Shown here: piece after piece, positions 62,016-64,000 of the stretch | How positions within the stretch are numbered: the stretch's first letter is position 1 | Layout of the letters: each line of letters begins with the position of its first letter | From: Enterobacteria phage Kha5h | Reading direction: 5' to 3' (one strand) | DNA length: 64,000 nucleotides | Sequence record: NC_054905.1 | Notes under the pieces: generated by a model | The model's database searches: none | Seen by the model: only the letters and a program-made list of their open reading frames with translations | Told to the model about the DNA's origin: nothing | Program-made: the position numbers and the translations under genes

Positions 62016-62222
62016 TCATAACTGCCACCATTTTTTGACTTGATAAGAATCAACCCACACTTTCATATTAGGGTCTGCTCTTACAATAGGAGGATTAACT
62101 TCTTTAATTGAACTATCATGGTATTCTTTTTCAGAAATTTTCACACAAAGATGACCATTCAAAGATTCAGTAAATCCTGCATTAATTTTAAGACGCTTGA
62201 ATTTTACGTGTGTAAGCATCAA
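62016..62222 (-). CDS. hypothetical protein (68 aa)
   Basis: track ORF. Confidence 0.5.
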   Translation of the reverse strand: MMLTHVKFKRLKINAGFTESLNGHLCVKISEKEYHDSSIKEVNPPIVRADPNMKVWVDSYQVKKWWQL

Positions 62223-62505
62223 TCATATCCTCAATTTGCGATCTAGTAGTCTTCCAAAGAATACTGATGAGTTCATCGTTATATGGCTGTTTTAGAATAT
62301 CCCGACTTTTCTTGATAGCATATTCGTATTGAGCAAAATTATTATTTTCAGCTGCAATCTGAGCGTGCTTATAAAGACGATTCAGTTCACGTTTGTTTTT
62401 AGACAATAACTTATTTGCTTTTCTTTCTGCTTCAAGACGGTTCTTTTCTTCAATAGAAGAAATAAGCTTTTCCACTTCATCATTAATTTCGGGTTTATCA
62501 GTCAT
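62188..62505 (-). CDS. hypothetical protein (105 aa)
   Basis: track ORF. Confidence 0.5.
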   Translation of the reverse strand: MTDKPEINDEVEKLISSIEEKNRLEAERKANKLLSKNKRELNRLYKHAQIAAENNNFAQYEYAIKKSRDILKQPYNDELISILWKTTRSQIEDMIDAYTRKIQAS

Positions 62506-62506
62506 A

Positions 62507-62725
62507 TTATTTCTCTAATATAAAATAAAAATCATCATCTGTTAAATGATACCGATAGTTTAATTCTACACCATTAGATTTAAAAGCGGTATCATACGGA
62601 TTTTCTGGATCAATATCAATGTCAAGAGCTAAAACTTCCCTGAGATACATTTTAAGTAAATAGGGAATAGCTTCAACTTCAGGTATTTCTTCCAAGAATC
62701 CGGAGAGGTTAATCGTTAGCCTCAT
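62507..62725 (-). CDS. hypothetical protein (72 aa)
   Basis: track ORF. Confidence 0.5.
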
Positions 62726-63266
62726 ATAAAAAATCCAAACTAGGAGAATCGTCTACAACACTTTTCTTTTCAGCCCCCGGTGTTCTATAGGTTGATTCTT
62801 CGTAATGCGTCATTTTATCGTAGATGTCTTGAATAAAAGTTTCATCTACTAACGCAACCATATCGTCGTCACGACTGTCATAGACATTGTGAACGAAGTA
62901 ACTATATTTCTTTGCAACTTCCTTACGTTCTTTTTTAATACGCTGGACGAATGCATTAAAACAAGCTTGAGTTATATACGCATGTGGGTTTTTATATTTC
63001 GTTTCATCAAAATTATGAAGCCCCTTAATAGAAGCTTCTATACCATCTGCAATCATTTCTTGTTTCCAAGACTGGGTGTATCCTGAAAAGTTGAAACGTT
63101 TAGATAAGCCTTCTGCAATAAGCATAATGGCTAATCCGATAGTATCATTCTGACGAACTACTTTATTTGGGTCTTTATTATTTGCTAATTCTGTTTTCCA
63201 ATCAATAATAGCTTGTAAAAGCTCTTTATTGTTTACGTAATTATATTTAGGCTTAGTTTCTGACAT
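62709..63266 (-). CDS. 55: late-gene sigma factor gp55
   Basis: 185 aa from ATG 63266 ([24 protein letters not shown]...). Confidence 0.9.
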
Positions 63267-63344
63267 TTTCACCTCTTAGCTCAATTCATAGATCTATTAT
63301 ATCATAATATTTGAAGATCTATCTTAAAGCATAGAGGATATCAG

Positions 63345-63614
63345 TTATCTAAGTAAACAGTATGCTTGGAACACTTTTTCCATCATCTTTTTAAATTCAT
63401 GAATATCTATGTAATGACTAGTTAAATCAGCATGATATAAAAAGTCTAAAAACTTTTCATGTGTACTAACATATTCACTTTCATTTAATTCAGAAACATG
63501 GCTTTCCCAATATCCAACACCAGTCTTATTTGGGAAAAATGAAATTTTCATGTATTGGTCAACATAGAAAATGCCACAATTTTCAATAGTAATAGAAATA
63601 TTAATAAATTTCAT
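63345..63614 (-). CDS. hypothetical protein (89 aa)
   Basis: track ORF. Confidence 0.5.
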   Translation of the reverse strand: MKFINISITIENCGIFYVDQYMKISFFPNKTGVGYWESHVSELNESEYVSTHEKFLDFLYHADLTSHYIDIHEFKKMMEKVFQAYCLLR

Positions 63615-63826
63615 ACATTCATCAACTTAGCCGCTCCAAGAGCTGCATCTAGTGAATCAAATTGGTCAACATATTCAATCAATTCGCCGTAATTGGCATA
63701 TAACCACCATTGGCTAAATTCATACTCAAGGATGAATCCGTTTCCTTCAATTTGAGTTAAACCAATGCCATTTGTATTTACTTCATACCCAGCAAGACGT
63801 AAATCGTTAATAAGAGCTTCGTTCAT
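63611..63826 (-). CDS. hypothetical protein (71 aa)
   Basis: track ORF. Confidence 0.5.
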   Translation of the reverse strand: MNEALINDLRLAGYEVNTNGIGLTQIEGNGFILEYEFSQWWLYANYGELIEYVDQFDSLDAALGAAKLMNV

Positions 63827-63828
63827 AA

Positions 63829-64000
63829 TTATACCTTAGTAATTTTCAGGTCTGCAAATTTTTTCTTGCGTTGATTTTTCATGCGACGAATAGTTTTATC
63901 GGAAATTTCATGCTTTTGATAAGCTTTAGATTCTACGCCAAAAGCTTTAACATCAAATTCCGACAAGATATATTGAACCAGCAATTCACGGACAGTATTA
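63829..64000 (-). CDS. partial ORF (C-terminal 56 codons; gene continues beyond the window)
   Basis: open frame from the window edge to stop at 63829..63831. Confidence 0.4.
   Translation of the reverse strand, partial: NTVRELLVQYILSEFDVKAFGVESKAYQKHEISDKTIRRMKNQRKKKFADLKITKV

Overview
This window is a contiguous segment of a T4-like (T-even) myovirus genome, gene-dense and largely syntenic with phage T4. Reading left to right: a disrupted frd and small early ORFs; replication/recombination genes 32, 59, 33, dsbA and rnh on the minus strand; the late long-tail-fibre operon 34-35-36-37-38 and holin t on the plus strand; then a long minus-strand early/middle block (asiA, arn, motA, 52, ac, stp, ndd, denB, rIIB, rIIA, 39, goF, cef, motB, dexA, dda, srd, modA, modB, soc, 56, 61, sp, dmd, 41, 40, uvsX, 42, imm, 43, regA, 62, 44, 45, rpbA, 46, 47, alpha-gt, 55) interspersed with many small uncharacterised ORFs. 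Calls rest on reading the translated ORFs against remembered T4 proteins; no database search was run, and several track ORFs begin at TTG so starts were moved to the first ATG where the T4 N-terminus was recognisable. Differences from T4 that stand out: a T2-type receptor module (gp37 of 1312 aa with a C-terminal chaperone-like domain, plus a glycine-rich gp38 adhesin), a single fused gene 39 with no gene 60, a 282-aa DXD protein at the beta-gt locus, an HNH-type endonuclease between soc and 56, and an frd that appears frameshifted and carries a 45-bp internal duplication. The most interesting candidate is in the dmd-sp island between genes 61 and 41, where an extra 118-aa gene is bracketed by 49-bp direct repeats and is paralogous to its 208-aa neighbour. 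No CRISPR array, tRNA, integrase or intron/intein was seen.
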